Positions 42,210 to 55,699 of a DNA stretch of 64,000 bases are shown one piece after another. Within the stretch, counting starts at the first letter, position 1, and each line of letters begins with the position of its first letter. The stretch is from the NCBI GenBank assembly GCA_964016885.1, contig OZ024741.1:108686001-108750000 (forward strand), in the 5' to 3' direction. This DNA comes from Eledone cirrhosa. Taxonomy: Eukaryota. The notes under the pieces are model-generated. The model did not search any database. It saw nothing but the letters and a program-made list of their open reading frames with translations, and was not told where the DNA came from. A program made the translations under genes and the position numbers.

Positions 42210-42240
<31 letters not shown>

Positions 42241-42384
42241 CAGAATCGCAGTTTAGGTAAATATATGTGAAAAAATGGGGAGAAGAATACTGCTGGTTGC
42301 ACATGGATAACATGTAATAAAATAAGTCCCTCATCAGTGATTTGCCGACGATCATAGATATTTCATTGCATTAAAAATCATATA
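41748..42384. repeat. 521-nt unit with ~116-bp terminal direct repeat between (TA)n tracts
   Basis: 41748-41863 repeated at 42269-42384 with about one mismatch; minus CTGATGAG inside the repeat. Confidence 0.8.
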
Positions 42385-42404
42385 TATATATACATATATA
42401 CATA

Positions 42405-42477
<73 letters not shown>

Positions 42478-43092
42478 TTGTGTCTGTGTAATTGCATGAC
42501 CAGACAACTTCATAAAGTTTATATCAGTAATGTAATAAAACATAAACTATTTATCTATTTATTGGAAAACTTTTATAAACACTCGGCTGCTTGAAATTAT
42601 CGATAAATTTAATAGAACATTCAGATGAGATTAATTAAACGTTTCTTACTTTAAGAATTATGGGTATGTAATTAATTTTGTGATAATGAACTCTAGCATA
42701 ACATTAAACATTATGAAGCACATCATTAATAAACAGGGTTATATTTGTACCTGAACAGACAAACATGATATATTTTTTATAAAATCTTGTTTAGATTTTC
42801 TTTTGCTTCATTTATTCTTTCACTGGTTTTAGTCTTAAGATGGCTGCCAATGATGGCGTACAGCCTTCAAAGGTTTAAACAGTCAGAGAGACACATAAGG
42901 TGTTTTTATGTCTCGTACTTACTTAATTAACAATGTATGGTCAACTTACAAACTGGAAACATATAGGGCATAACGAAACAGAGCTGTTTCTTATATGATG
43001 TAGACGTAAACACAGGCACAGATATACTCAGAAAGATATACACGCACACATTCGCACAAATACATACACATATACATATACATGTATATGCG

Positions 43093-43210
<118 letters not shown>

Positions 43211-43372
43211 AGTTAAGTGTGTATTTGCACATATAAACTCGCATATCTGAAGAGATTTTGACGAACTCTCTGGTCCCGTCATTATGATTATACTGATCGA
43301 TATCGAGACAATTGTAATATGGTATTGAAGATCGTATATAAACTACAACACTGACTTCGAATCTACTTAACT

Positions 43373-43527
<155 letters not shown>

Positions 43528-43553
43528 TGAGGAAGAGATAGACAGATAGATAA

Positions 43554-45333
43554 CACCGTGTAACATATTTCTAGTTCCCCGGTTCTAAGTGTTATTTACT
43601 AGTTTGTTATATCTCATTATTATTTAAAAAAAACACTATTATTTAATCAGAAGTTTGTGTGTGTGGTCGGAGTTTGATATTTCGAAATTTTCATATTTTT
43701 CAAGAAAAAAGACATTTTTTTTTATTTATCAGTTCATATAATTAAATCAACAGAGTATGTATTTATTTTATTACACAAGCTTATCAAAAGCAAACAAGTA
43801 AAAACAAATAACACTTATAAAGCAACTTATACACGTCAGAAATGACTGGATTTCCTGGTTTTGCGGTTGTAGTCCAGGTCGCATTCCTGCACTAGCCCCC
43901 AGATATAGTGCCCCATCAATTTTTCATTGTAGTGGCCCTGGTATCTCCGCTCTATCTCTTTCACATCTTGGTGGAATTGTTCGCCTTCTTCTTCTGAGTA
44001 GGCGCCCATATTGTCCTTGAATTTTTCCAGGTGAGCGTCCAGCATATGGAGTTTAAGCGACATCCTGTATCCCATTGCGCCAAAAGCCTTTATAAGATCC
44101 TGCACCAGTTGCTGGTAGTTTTCAGCTCTGTAGTTGCCCAGGAAGCCCTTAACAACTTGAAACAGTTCCATGCTGTTCTCTCAATCCTATTGAGCTTATT
44201 GGAGAACTCGGTAGACTCAAACACCTTCTTTATCTGAGGTCCAACAAAAATTCCACCTTTGATTTTGGCCTCAGATAACTTGGGGAAGAACTCAAGAAGC
44301 TACTTAAAAGCGGTTGATTCTTGGTAGAGAGCCTTCACAAACTGCTTCATCAACCCCAACTTAATGTGCAGTGGCAGCATGAGCACAATCCTGGGATCAA
44401 CCAGTGGCTCCCACATGACGTTCCGGGTCCCAACTACAAATTCTGTTCGCTGCTCCCAGTTCTTTCTTTTGTAGTGGTCAGAGGTGGCTCTGCTGTCCCA
44501 AAGGCAGAGGAAGCATTGGAATTTGATAAAGCCTCCTTGGATTCCAAGCAGGAAAGCCACCATATTCAAGTCTCCAATAATTTCCCAATTGTACTGGTTG
44601 TATTGCAAAGATTCCAAGAGGACTTTCACATTGCAGTAATCTTCCTTCAGGCAGACTGAATGAGCTAGGGGAATGTCGGGAACTTGTTTCCATTGTGGAG
44701 GAGGACAGCCTTCAAACTTGTGGTGGAGCTGTCTATAAATAGCCGCCACCCCTTGTGCACAAACGGCACCCCAATAATCAAACAGTCCAGGCACATCATG
44801 GCAGAAGCAGAGGCCAGCCCTAAAAGTGTAAAAGTCTGAGAAAGGTTCGTGTCGACTTCTCTGACTTGTCAGCTGCACTTCCTCCTTGACCAAGTTCCAC
44901 TGCTTCATCGTGGAGACGAATATCTGTGCATTGGACTTGGTCAGATCCACATCCCTGACCAAGTCATTGACTTCTTTTTGGTTTGGGAAGTGAGAAACTT
45001 TTTCTGGTACCCAGTATCAATAAATCTCTTTAATCCACGTTTTAACAATTTTATACTTTATTGCACTTTTGTAATTTTCTTTAGGTATTACTCTTTATTT
45101 TATAATTTTAATTTAACCTGAAATATATATAAAAAAATCATTTAACTTAAGCAAATTAAACTTACATACAACGTAAAATCCAGCATACAAATAATTCTAG
45201 TGAATAGCTTAGAATTTTTATAAACACAAACTTTTAACTGTTTAATGGCACTTTTTTTATTTATTTGGGACCTAAGCAACACAAAAAAGTGATTACAAGC
45301 CAGGAATAGAGAAAAAAATATTTTTTGTTACAC
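43554..45333 (-). mobile_element. Chapaev3-like (CMC) DNA transposon, decayed
   Basis: Transposase motifs; left end CACCGTGTAACA, right end TGTTACAC as an imperfect, truncated TIR. Confidence 0.8.
43836..44990 (-). pseudogene. Chapaev3-like DDE transposase (frameshifted)
   Basis: IPLAHSV, GIQGGFIKFQCFLCLWDSR, LPLHIKLGLMKQFVKAL, MSLKLHMLDAHL, SEEEGEQFHQD, ERRYQG. Confidence 0.88.
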
Positions 45334-45396
45334 TTCCTTGTTTTCTGATTATAATCAGAAAACAAGGAAGTGACAAGCACATGGATAATTCTCGCT

Positions 45397-46136
45397 CATC
45401 GGCTGTCTTCTGGGGATCATTATAGTTTTGGATGCTTCCAAAGACATGATTATTCGCCACTAGTGCATCAATAGTATCTATAAGAAGATAGCTATTCGTG
45501 ATGAAAACACAACGGACGTTAGACAAAATAAAAGAACAAGTTGAAATATCTACATGCTACTATGGGACAGAAATACTGCTACAATTGCATGCAACACACA
45601 AATGTGGGAAGGTAACCATGATGGGAATAAGGAGATAAAAGTTTGTTCGAACAATCACACAGGAATTAACATTAATAAGCAAGTGATGTGGAGAAGTGTA
45701 TTGATGAGATCAGTTCAGTAGAATTACAAAAGAATGCGGCAGAGGCTTGAAGGGAAGTTTGTAGGTAGGACAGTATTGAGAACTGAGAAAGATGGAGGAA
45801 AAAGGATAGATAAATGAAAATAGGAGAAATGTAGATAGATAGATAGATATATAGATAAACGGAGTAGGGGGAGGGATAGATTATAGAGAACGCTACAGCA
45901 AATGTAAACAAGAGTTTTGATTTCAAATTTAGATGGTGTGGGTTACGATGAAGATATGATTAAAAAAAACACGTGGGCCATATACAGGAAATAAAATATA
46001 AACCGGGGAAGGCAAGCTCATAGATAAACCCCCGCACATCGGCTGTCTTCTGGGGATCATTATAGTTTCGGATGCTTGCAAAACAGGATTGTACACCACA
46101 AGTGCATTAATAGTATCTACAGAAAAATAGCTAGTC

Positions 46137-46141
<5 letters not shown>
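45397..46141. repeat. 640-nt unit bounded by diverged ~105-bp direct repeats
   Basis: CATCGGCTGTCTTCTGGGGATCATTATAGTTT.. at 45397 and 46037; ends at (TA)n. Confidence 0.65.
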
Positions 46142-46191
<50 letters not shown>

Positions 46192-46688
46192 GGAGGGGTA
46201 TATATATAGAGAGAGACCGAGAGAGAGAGAGAGAGAACGAGACAGATAGATAGATACAGACAAGCTTATATACTTTTCATACAATCAGCTCTTCAAACTG
46301 TAACACTGCCTTTATTGCTCCCTAAGTATCTATTAAAATATCCAGCTCTCTAAAAGTTAAATAAGTAAATAAATAAAACATTTACAGGATATGAGATTTA
46401 AGTAGTTTCATAAGTAAAAACAACTCACATACGAACACAAACAAACGCACAAACTTATATGCATTACTGAGATTCCATTCCACTCAGTTCCCAAATCTCT
46501 TGCCTTGATTAATAACCATACACACCCAACTGTTTCTACATAAATAGGACCCGCCCACCTGAACATTACCGCTACCAAACATCTCACAAATTTGTTGTTT
46601 GCATTTATAGCAATTTAAACGATCTGTACTGAATTTTGAATTATTTAAGATATGTATCTATCTATCTCTGTAGCTATCTATCTACCTA

Positions 46689-46762
<74 letters not shown>

Positions 46763-46787
46763 TATACATACATATATATATAAATAT

Positions 46788-46826
<39 letters not shown>

Positions 46827-46846
46827 TATATACATATATATATACA

Positions 46847-46961
<115 letters not shown>

Positions 46962-47393
46962 ATTGTTAGAAGAAGGAAGGTGGCATATTTAACACAGAGC
47001 ATATAGTCTGTACGTTCTGTTCACTCATAATAAAATCGACCACACACCACTATTTTGTATTCTTAGTTTAAAATGCAATGTGAAGAGTTCTTTCTCTATA
47101 CAAAATAAAAATAATTAATTGAAGTCTTATCAACTTTGAAATTTATATTAAATCACGTAGCTAACATTTAACATTCTTTTTCAAGCAGAAAATTCGTACG
47201 AGGAATCGGTCCACCATATGAATTACTGAATATAATTCCGAAAATATATTTCCTAAACCACAGGAATACATACACATACTCACACACCCACGTACATGTA
47301 CACATACATACGCACTCACCAACATATATAACTACAATGATATATGTATATATAATGATATATATATATATGTACACACACATATATACATAA

Positions 47394-47442
<49 letters not shown>

Positions 47443-48269
47443 AGTTGAATATACAAAAGTGAAAGAGCAACCAATTTGTGATAAAGGTTGGGAATATATG
47501 GATTTATTAAACTACTCTGAATACGACGTATGCTCTACTTTGTTTTCGATCAATAAAGTTTCAGCTTTCTTTGGAGCAAAAACTAAAGCACCACTGATAT
47601 GTAGTGTCATTGAACCAATCCAGCCGTCTCCACCTCCACCAATGAACCAAATATTCCTGCTATTATGCAACTTCCATTTCTATTACTATTTTTCTTACGA
47701 ATGATATTTCGTTAACTATATTTAAGAGATCGGCGTCCAGCAGATTCTTAATTGGAACACCGAAGACTGAAGTAATGTTATCAAGATGGAGGCATGTGGC
47801 TTTCCATAACACTCAAGTCTGAATGATGTATTCTGGCAATAACATGCTTATGTTCCAGAGGTAATGCTGACATGTTCTTTTGGCTTTTGTTTTGTTTTTT
47901 GTAAAATGCATGTCGAATTCTTACAGGTGAAAGAAATCTTACAAACGAACAATATTCGTTTGACGATGTATTCGCATACGTACGAAGATTTCTTATTGTC
48001 ACAGCTGTTGAAGGTTTTGTTGTAGGTTTTTTTTTATGTTGCTGAATATATTGCTGCTGTTTTGTCAAAACTGTTGTCTCCGATGTTAAGATGCTTTTGA
48101 AAATCATTTTCAATAGACAGAAAGTATATATTTTAGAAATGATTTGTTCTGTTGTTGTTTTGTCAATTTTAGGTCTTCTGTTGTATAGTGCGGTGATATG
48201 TTTCAGGTAGGCGTATCCAAAGCAACATTTCGACATTATAAATGTTATAACAGTGTGAGAAAAAATAGA

Positions 48270-49515
48270 GAATAGTTTATAAGCGCCTCAGCTTCAATTG
48301 TTAAGTCGCTTTTTCTAGTTCATTCCCAGTTCCTGTTTATCAACTGTCTCAGACATTTCACGTAAGAATTGACAATATACTTTTTTCTTCCATCTGTTCT
48401 CTTGAAATTCTCCCTTTCATTTTGCTTCATCACTGTTTAGGACCTTTATCTTTCTTACTCCTGTCATCACTAACTCTTTTGAATTCTTTACATACATGCC
48501 AAATTATTATCCTCCGACTTCACCCATATCATAGCTAATGAGAGCCCTTCTTCTCTCTGTTGTGATAGATACAACCTGTCCACGTCACCTCTGGGGTGTA
48601 GAACCCATTTTGATGTCATTATTTTCTTTGACGTTCTATGAAGCTCCGTGAGTTCATCACATCTCCACTCTGCCACACCAGCGTTATATATTAGCACTGC
48701 GACAGCCCTTGTGTTGATAGCCAGTAAATTATTCCTGCCACGTTATTTTGTCTTTAACACCAACTTCAGTCTCCGTTCATATTCCTTTGATAATAGTTCT
48801 TTCATTTCCTTTTCTTTCATGTGGTTTGTTTTCCAGGATGTCTAAGTACGTATAGCCGTTGGCATCATATCCTTCATAACTTGTCCGTCTTGTAATTCAA
48901 TTTACTACATCTTATCCATTCTACTTCGCTTTATTAGTGGCACCCGGTAGTTTTTTTTATGCATAATTCTATTCCTATGTGTTAAAATATGTTCATAGGA
49001 TTTCCCATAAAGTTTTAGGTCATCCTTGAACATCAGATGGTTTATCTTAAACTCGCGTCCTTCCCACACGTAACCAGCCTTTGGCCTTCTCAACACTAAT
49101 GAACGTGGAACCATACACAATACGAACAGCAAAGATGAAAGAATCGCTCCCTGATATAGTTCTCCCTTGATCTTCACAACTCCCAATGTTTGTCGACATG
49201 ATGTAAGCTCCGTCTTCCAGTCATCCATACTGCTCAGCAGAAACTGTTTAACGTTAGCTGCAATACCAGACATTTTCAAACATGCTACTATCCAACTATG
49301 TGGCACCATGTCGTAAGCCTTGTAGTAATCGATCTAGGTCATGGCAAGATTTGTGGGTCTCGTTTTACAATCGTTAAGGATCACCTTATCAATGAAATAT
49401 TGAACCTTAGTCCGCCAACTACTTCTCTTACATCCCTCCTGCTCTTCAGGAATTTCCCCCTCCAGGTATTCATACATCGCCTCGGCAATGACACCTGTCA
49501 TCATTCTATAAACAA
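48270..49515 (-). mobile_element. R4/Dong-type LINE RT fragment
   Basis: EEQEGC, DMVPHSWI, YQGAILSSLLF, HLMFKDDLKLYGKS, LHPRGDVDRLYL. Confidence 0.85.
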
Positions 49516-49899
49516 ACAAAATATGAACCTAATGCACCACTTAACTTCGAGCCAGCTATCACGTGATTGCAGTTCAAAGGCTACCTTAAAACCGTCCGGT
49601 TACGACAGTGTTACCTCTACCTCTACCACTAACACAGAGATCGACGCCGATGATAATAACAACGACAGCAGTAGTAACATCAGTAGCAGCAGGTTGGCAC
49701 GGGAAAATGAAATCTACAAAAATAAATTCCTATTTTATCACATTCACTACACTAAATATCGGTTAAAACAAAAAGTTAGCAACTGTATTGCAAACACAAC
49801 TAGCATTAGTACCATTACCACATCAACAACAGCAGCAGGAAAAATGTGTAACAGAAACAAATAGAGATAGCAGCAACAGCGACAACAACAACAATGCCA

Positions 49900-50870
49900 A
49901 CCACAACAACAACGACAACAACAACAGAAGCAAGAGTGGTAGCAGAGATGACGAGGCCTCAAATGCGACCACATCCTTCGCGAAGGCGGTTAAAATCCTT
50001 GAAAGCGTATACGTCAGCGAAGGGGACAGGAAGCGCGAAGCGGTTGGTGAAGAAGTGCATCCATAGGGTCAGCTTCGCTCATCCACCCGACATCATGGAA
50101 AACAAATGTCCTTGTATCGTCTCATACCGCACAATTGGTACGAAATAGCGCCGGATGGAGCAGGCGAGCGTGTCCCAAGTACCAAAGGTTATGGGTGACC
50201 TGTGTGCACATTAAAGATACATAGGTAGGGGTGCAAAATATTGCACCATGGATGTTCTCTTTGCCACCCTTCAAGGAGCCAGGGCAAACTCCATTACTCC
50301 ACATTGACGCAAAGATATCACCATAGTGTCAACATATTGTGACCTGTTAGAGTTAGAGTAACTCAGGTGCCGCCCTCAATAGCCATTTCTTTGCTGATAG
50401 CGGCTGACCTTGCCGACGTCGTAGAATCAACAGCAATCTTGGACATAGAATAAATAAAGCAAGAAAACTGGACAGAAAACTGCGGTATGGAACTGGTGAT
50501 CCAAAAAAATGTTGCCACATCTTTATGGAGAAAAACCATCTAAAGGTCTCCTTTTTTTCTCATGCGAGATCACATGCTGAGACAAACAAACCAACTACGT
50601 CCACTATCGCAGCCCCCCCCCCCCCAAACATAAAAACACCACCACCACCATCAACAACGGTAGCAGCAAAAACCCCTCCACCACCTCCAAATTCAACACC
50701 AATGCCTGTGGAAGACATACTCGTCCCTGACGTCACACAATTAGACACAGGTTGTGTCGAGGATGCGGACAGGAAAACAATCAGGAAAAAAAGAAAGAAC
50801 TCCACATTGACCCTAAAAAATGAGGGCGAAACAAACAAAGAAAAAACTCCTCAAAACTTCGACGCCAACA
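49900..50870 (+). pseudogene. Decayed L1/Tx1-type ORF1 remnant
   Basis: SFAKAVK, degenerate knuckle CCHIFMEKNHLKVSF and Pro-rich tail paralleling 15344-16219. Confidence 0.5.
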
Positions 50871-51089
50871 CCTTAACCACCACTATCACTACCGCAGTCA
50901 TCATCATCATCATCATCATCTGTTTCAGCTTTTAATCCTGAACTTCGTAGCCACTACTGGGTTTGGGTTTGAACTATATCTTCATCTTGGGTTGGAAGTT
51001 GAGTTTGGTCATGCAGAGGATTTATTTTTTGCTATGTTTCTCTAAATGGTTTTAGACCTTCTAGCTTCATTGTGTGGATTTTTGCTGTA

Positions 51090-51300
51090 GATTGGCAGTA
51101 TCAGCAAAGCCTCGGGCAACATGCTTTGTAGCATTGAGTTACGGCCCTTTGTCGTCTAATTTCAAATCCCGCCGAGGTTAGCTTTGCCTTTCATCCTTAG
51201 GGGGTCAATAAAATAAAGCACCAGTAATGCACTTGGCTCGATTTAATTGACTTTCCCCTCCCTCGAAATTGCTGGCCTTGTGCCTATAGTAGAAATCATT
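51090..51300 (+). mobile_element. SINE, same family as 33475-33690
   Basis: Head ATTGGCAGTATC, core GCTTTGCCTTTCATCCTTAGGGGTC, tail GGCCTTGTGCCTATAGTAGAAA. Confidence 0.8.
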
Positions 51301-51319
51301 ATTTAGGGGTATGTTATCA

Positions 51320-53400
51320 GTTTTTAGTTGGGGTTATGCATTTCTTTGGCTGTAAGGGGCTTTCGAATTTTGGAGTCCATTCCTTGAAGATCAGATAAGT
51401 TCGAATTGATGATGTTATAACTGTATCGTACCACTGGTACAGCTAAGGTGTCTATAGCCTGAATACGGTTTTTAGAATTTAGTTCAGTTTTCAGGATCAG
51501 ATTCACTCTTCTGTAATATTCTTTCTGTATTTTGTCCCTCAATCGATTGTATTCAATTCCCTCACCTTCCTTTTTGCTAAGATATATATAGGTGCATTCT
51601 GGGTCTGACTACTGTATGGTTATGTTTATATCGAGTTTAACAGGTGGTGTTTTTGTTAGCTTTTGTCTTTTAAATGTCCTTTGGCATATTTGTCAAGGTC
51701 AAAATACATGCCAATTTTATTGCTAAACTGCTTCGCAGTTTGTATGAAAATTTCGTATTTCTAAAGAAAAACGGTTTTAGGAAGCCGTAGTTATGTATAC
51801 ACCGGGTGGGCTAACGCAGAAGCAAGGGGGACAACCGTCTATGTATTTCAGGTTTGACTGGCCTTCATCAGGACGATCTCTCCCCACTCTTGCGACTGCT
51901 GGACTTGAAGACAGCCGAGAATATATAGTTTTCTCGTCTGTGCAAATGAGGTGATTTGAATATGAAGCTGCATAAGTTGGCTCAAGTTATAATAGAAAAG
52001 AAATAAGATTTCGCTTCAAGCATAGCTTTATACAATATGTATAGACATTTCGTACTTTTAAAGAAATGCGGTTTTAGGAAGCCGTAGCCATGGAAACACA
52101 GTTGTTAAAAGTCTGTCTAACACCTGGTGTTTAATGATCTTAATGCTGCTGTTCATCGTATACCCGTATCCCGTGTTGTTGAGCTCACTTTATATTGGAA
52201 AGTGAGTAACGCCAAAGATGAGAGACATGCCTTGTAATATTCCACAATTAGTGGATTACATAAATGTAAATTATTCGATACAAAATTTTAGTTTTATCTG
52301 AATTTATAACTCACTTATTATGATTTAAAACGAAGATTGTACTCCACCTTGTCGTGCTGGCTCGGAAAACATTAAGAAGATATTTTGTAAATTTCTAGGG
52401 CTTCCAGTATCCATTCATATGGTACACTGCTATAGGCTTTTCTGTAATCAATCTAAGCATTTATATATTTTCTTTTTGGACCGACAATGTTCTAGAGTCA
52501 TCCTATTAATCAATAGTTGGTCTTTGCACCCATATGAGTTCCGTTTTACTCTTTTTTGTTCTTGTGAAATGATTTTCAGTGCATCAAATTATTTGTAAAT
52601 TTGCTCAGTTAGTATAGGTGTCAGAATCTTGTAAATTGCAGTGAGACAAGTTTTTGGCCTGCAATTTTTTTTTTATTGTCTCATCTGTTTGGGAGAGAAG
52701 GTATGTTGTCCCTTCTGTCAACAAGTTCAATATTTCGTTTGGGTATTATATTATAAACGGAATTTCATTAGCAAGTTCTTTATGCATCCCTGTAAGTACA
52801 TGTAACCAAAAGTTAGAAATTTGGTCTATCGCAAGTGATTTCCATTTATGCGTTTACTAAGTGCCTGCCTTAGCTCTCGCAGCTCTATTTCATGCCAATG
52901 CTGATGGTTAATATCTCTCATTTTGTCTATTTCTCTATTATTCCATTCAGCCTTTATATTATATTGTTTATCATTGCCCCATATATTTTTCCAGAATTGT
53001 TCAACCTCGTTCATGCTAGGTGCTTCCTTAATATCCACTGGGTGTTTCCTTATTGCCCGATAACATTTCTTTTCATCAGTCTGAAAGATTCTGCTTTGTT
53101 TGAGACACTTGTTTCTCTTGTACCATCTAAATTTCTGTTTTGACCTGGATGCGTTGTTTCAGAGTGTCATTGGTGTTCAATAGATTTTCATCTCTGGTGA
53201 TGTTATACTTTCTTTCATTTTTCTTGCTTCCCTAGTCTTTACGTTGAAACCCCTTGCTAGTTCTTCGAATATTGACAATACACCTTCTGCTAAAATCTTC
53301 TTCAATGAAATATTGTACATCTTATGAGTATTCATTTTCTAGTTCTGTAACTTGGGTAGTTGTCTTTGTCTTTCATTTCGGTAGATAAGGTTTTACCTAA
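51320..53400 (-). mobile_element. R4/Dong-type LINE fragment, interrupted at 51750-52100
   Basis: EVEQFWKNIW, YGCKDQLLIN, KEYYRRVNLILKTELNSKNRIQAIDTLAVPV. Confidence 0.82.
51750..52100 (-). mobile_element. 297-nt retrozyme-like unit with HHR and ~50-bp direct repeat
   Basis: ATTTCGTA..CGGTTTTAGGAAGCCGTAG at 51750 and 52047; HHR CGTC-CTGATGA-AGG..CCT-GAAA-TACATA-GACG at 51836-51875 (-). Confidence 0.78.
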
Positions 53401-53709
53401 TTATCTGACAATGTCTTTTTCGCTTCTACAATGTCTGGTGTATTGCTTTCTAGAACCCTGTTATCATTTCCATTATCCTCAGTAGTTGGTTACATACGTT
53501 GTTCTTCACCAATATTTCTATTCTGTCGATTTCGTCAATATGATCAATTGTTATTCTCGGTGTTCTGATGTTGTTAGACTGTATTGGTATTTCTGCTTCT
53601 CTGTCATTGTGTTCTTAACTGTTCTAATTCAATCAATGTCAATTTGTGTTCTTTTACAATGTATCTACGTCTGTTCCCTAGTTTATTGACATCTACGTTT
53701 ATTAATATA

Positions 53710-54965
53710 ATTATTTAAAACTTCCTTTGTATTCTGCTTCTTTCCCAAACCATTCCGAGAGTTAACATGACACCTGAGGCTAAATTTGTTAAGACAAACA
53801 TTTTACAATCAATCATCATACAGACGATGCCACAAGGGCACAGACATCAGTAAATATCTTTGCAACGTTTTTAAATTGATAATGCTCTCCTCATGATATG
53901 GACAGTGCCAGTAATTTCTGTATCTCTTGCAGAGATGGCTTTCCAGTTATCCGGTTTAAATATTTTTCAGTACCCCTTTTTATCATTCCAAGTGCACCGA
54001 CTATCATGGGTATTATACAGGTCTTAAGATGCAACATTTTCTCAATCATGATTACTTTCACATTCCTGGGGAGCTAATACTTTGCAGCCTAAAACCAGGT
54101 GATCAATGATCTCAACATGGCCATCACAGAATCGATATTTTGGGTCAATTCCATATCTGATGACATTAGCTTGAAAGGTGCGCTTTGAAAGAAACTAGGC
54201 TTGGTTGGACTAAATGAAGCCCCCACTCTCTGCATTTAGCCCAGATCTCCGCAGCCACTTATTGGTGAGAGTTTGATCTACATCAGGTTCTTTGTGACGG
54301 AGACCGTGCAGTGGATTTTTGCTCCCATTTAATGAACAGTCTTTGATGGCTTTCGTGTTTTGCGAACACTTTGATATTCTTTGCGGCTTTAATTGTATAT
54401 TTACCATCATTTTCGAACTGTATTCCCAATACTTCCACAAATTTCCTACTTTCCTTTGTAACTGAATATAACTTCATCTCCATTTATGGAACTGCGACCA
54501 TTTTCATCATCCACTGATCTGTGGTTTTAAGGTACTGATTAGTCTAGTGAGATAAAGGCGATCCACAACTGCTTTTGGGTGATGTATTCTGTTACAGGAC
54601 AAATGTTTCCTCGTTTTGGTGCCCATTCTTTTAATTTCGTTAACCTTCCAATTTATAATATTGAAATTGTAGGTGACAACTGAGATTTCAAGCGCATGTA
54701 TGGCAGATAGTTTCCTTCTCGAATTAAGCACATCACAACACGTATTTCCCGGTAGCATTCCTTCCTGATTTTCTCTTTCATGCTGACGTCGTGAGAACCT
54801 TAGCTTTCATTGAGCCCTAGATATATGTAGGCTTGTTCCTGTTCTACGACCCTAATTACTGTATTCACATCTATTTCCTTTGAGATTGTATTTATAAACA
54901 CATTAACTGTCTTCAGCAGTCCTTCCATTTCATAGTCATTCTTGACAAACAGCTTGAAGTCATAC
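53710..54965 (-). mobile_element. R4/Dong-type LINE 3' fragment
   Basis: [57 protein letters not shown] (RLE-type C-terminus). Confidence 0.82.
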
Positions 54966-55013
54966 ATATATATATAGTATATATATATTACATATATACA
55001 TACATATATATAT

Positions 55014-55046
<33 letters not shown>

Positions 55047-55309
55047 TATGTATATATGTATATGTATATACATATATACATATGTATATATATATATGTA
55101 CATATGTATATATATATATATATGTATTTATATATGTAATATATATATACTATATATATATTGTTTGTCAAGAATGACTACGAAATGGAAGGACTGCTGA
55201 AGACAGTTAAGTTGTTCATCGTTGTTGTTAGGATAGTTTTGACTGGAAAAATACGTCAAAGCAACATTCAAGAAAACAGAATTACATATTATACATATAT
55301 AAAATTCAA

Positions 55310-55336
<27 letters not shown>

Positions 55337-55363
<27 letters not shown>

Positions 55364-55682
55364 GTGAGGTTTTTTTACAAAATGAAAAATAACCGAGGTG
55401 TCCTACACGAGTGAAAATATAAAGAAAAAAATATGAAATCGAAAATGCAACTAGAGTCTTATTTAAAAAAAAAAAATATATATATATATATATGTATTTG
55501 GTTCCTTTACCGGTTTCGCAGTTCGATGTGAGAAAAACCACAGACCCTCCATCTCAACTCTACTTTTGAAAAGCAGAAGAACTGCGAAACCGGTAAACCG
55601 GTAAAGGAACAAAATAATATATATATATTTTTTTAAATAAGTCTACAGTTGAATTTTCGATTTCATCTTTTTTTCTTTATAT
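55337..55682. mobile_element. Head-to-head PLE-tail insertion with U3/A8 HHR
   Basis: Arms ~55418-55524 and ~55580-55680; ctt-TTGAAAA-GCAG aagaa CTGC-GAAA-CCGGTA at ~55564-55596. Confidence 0.82.
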
Positions 55683-55699
55683 ATATATATGTGTGTGTG

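Noticed and set aside
47781-48236. 151-aa minus-strand ORF
   Set aside because: No motif I can identify with confidence; possibly a decayed transposon
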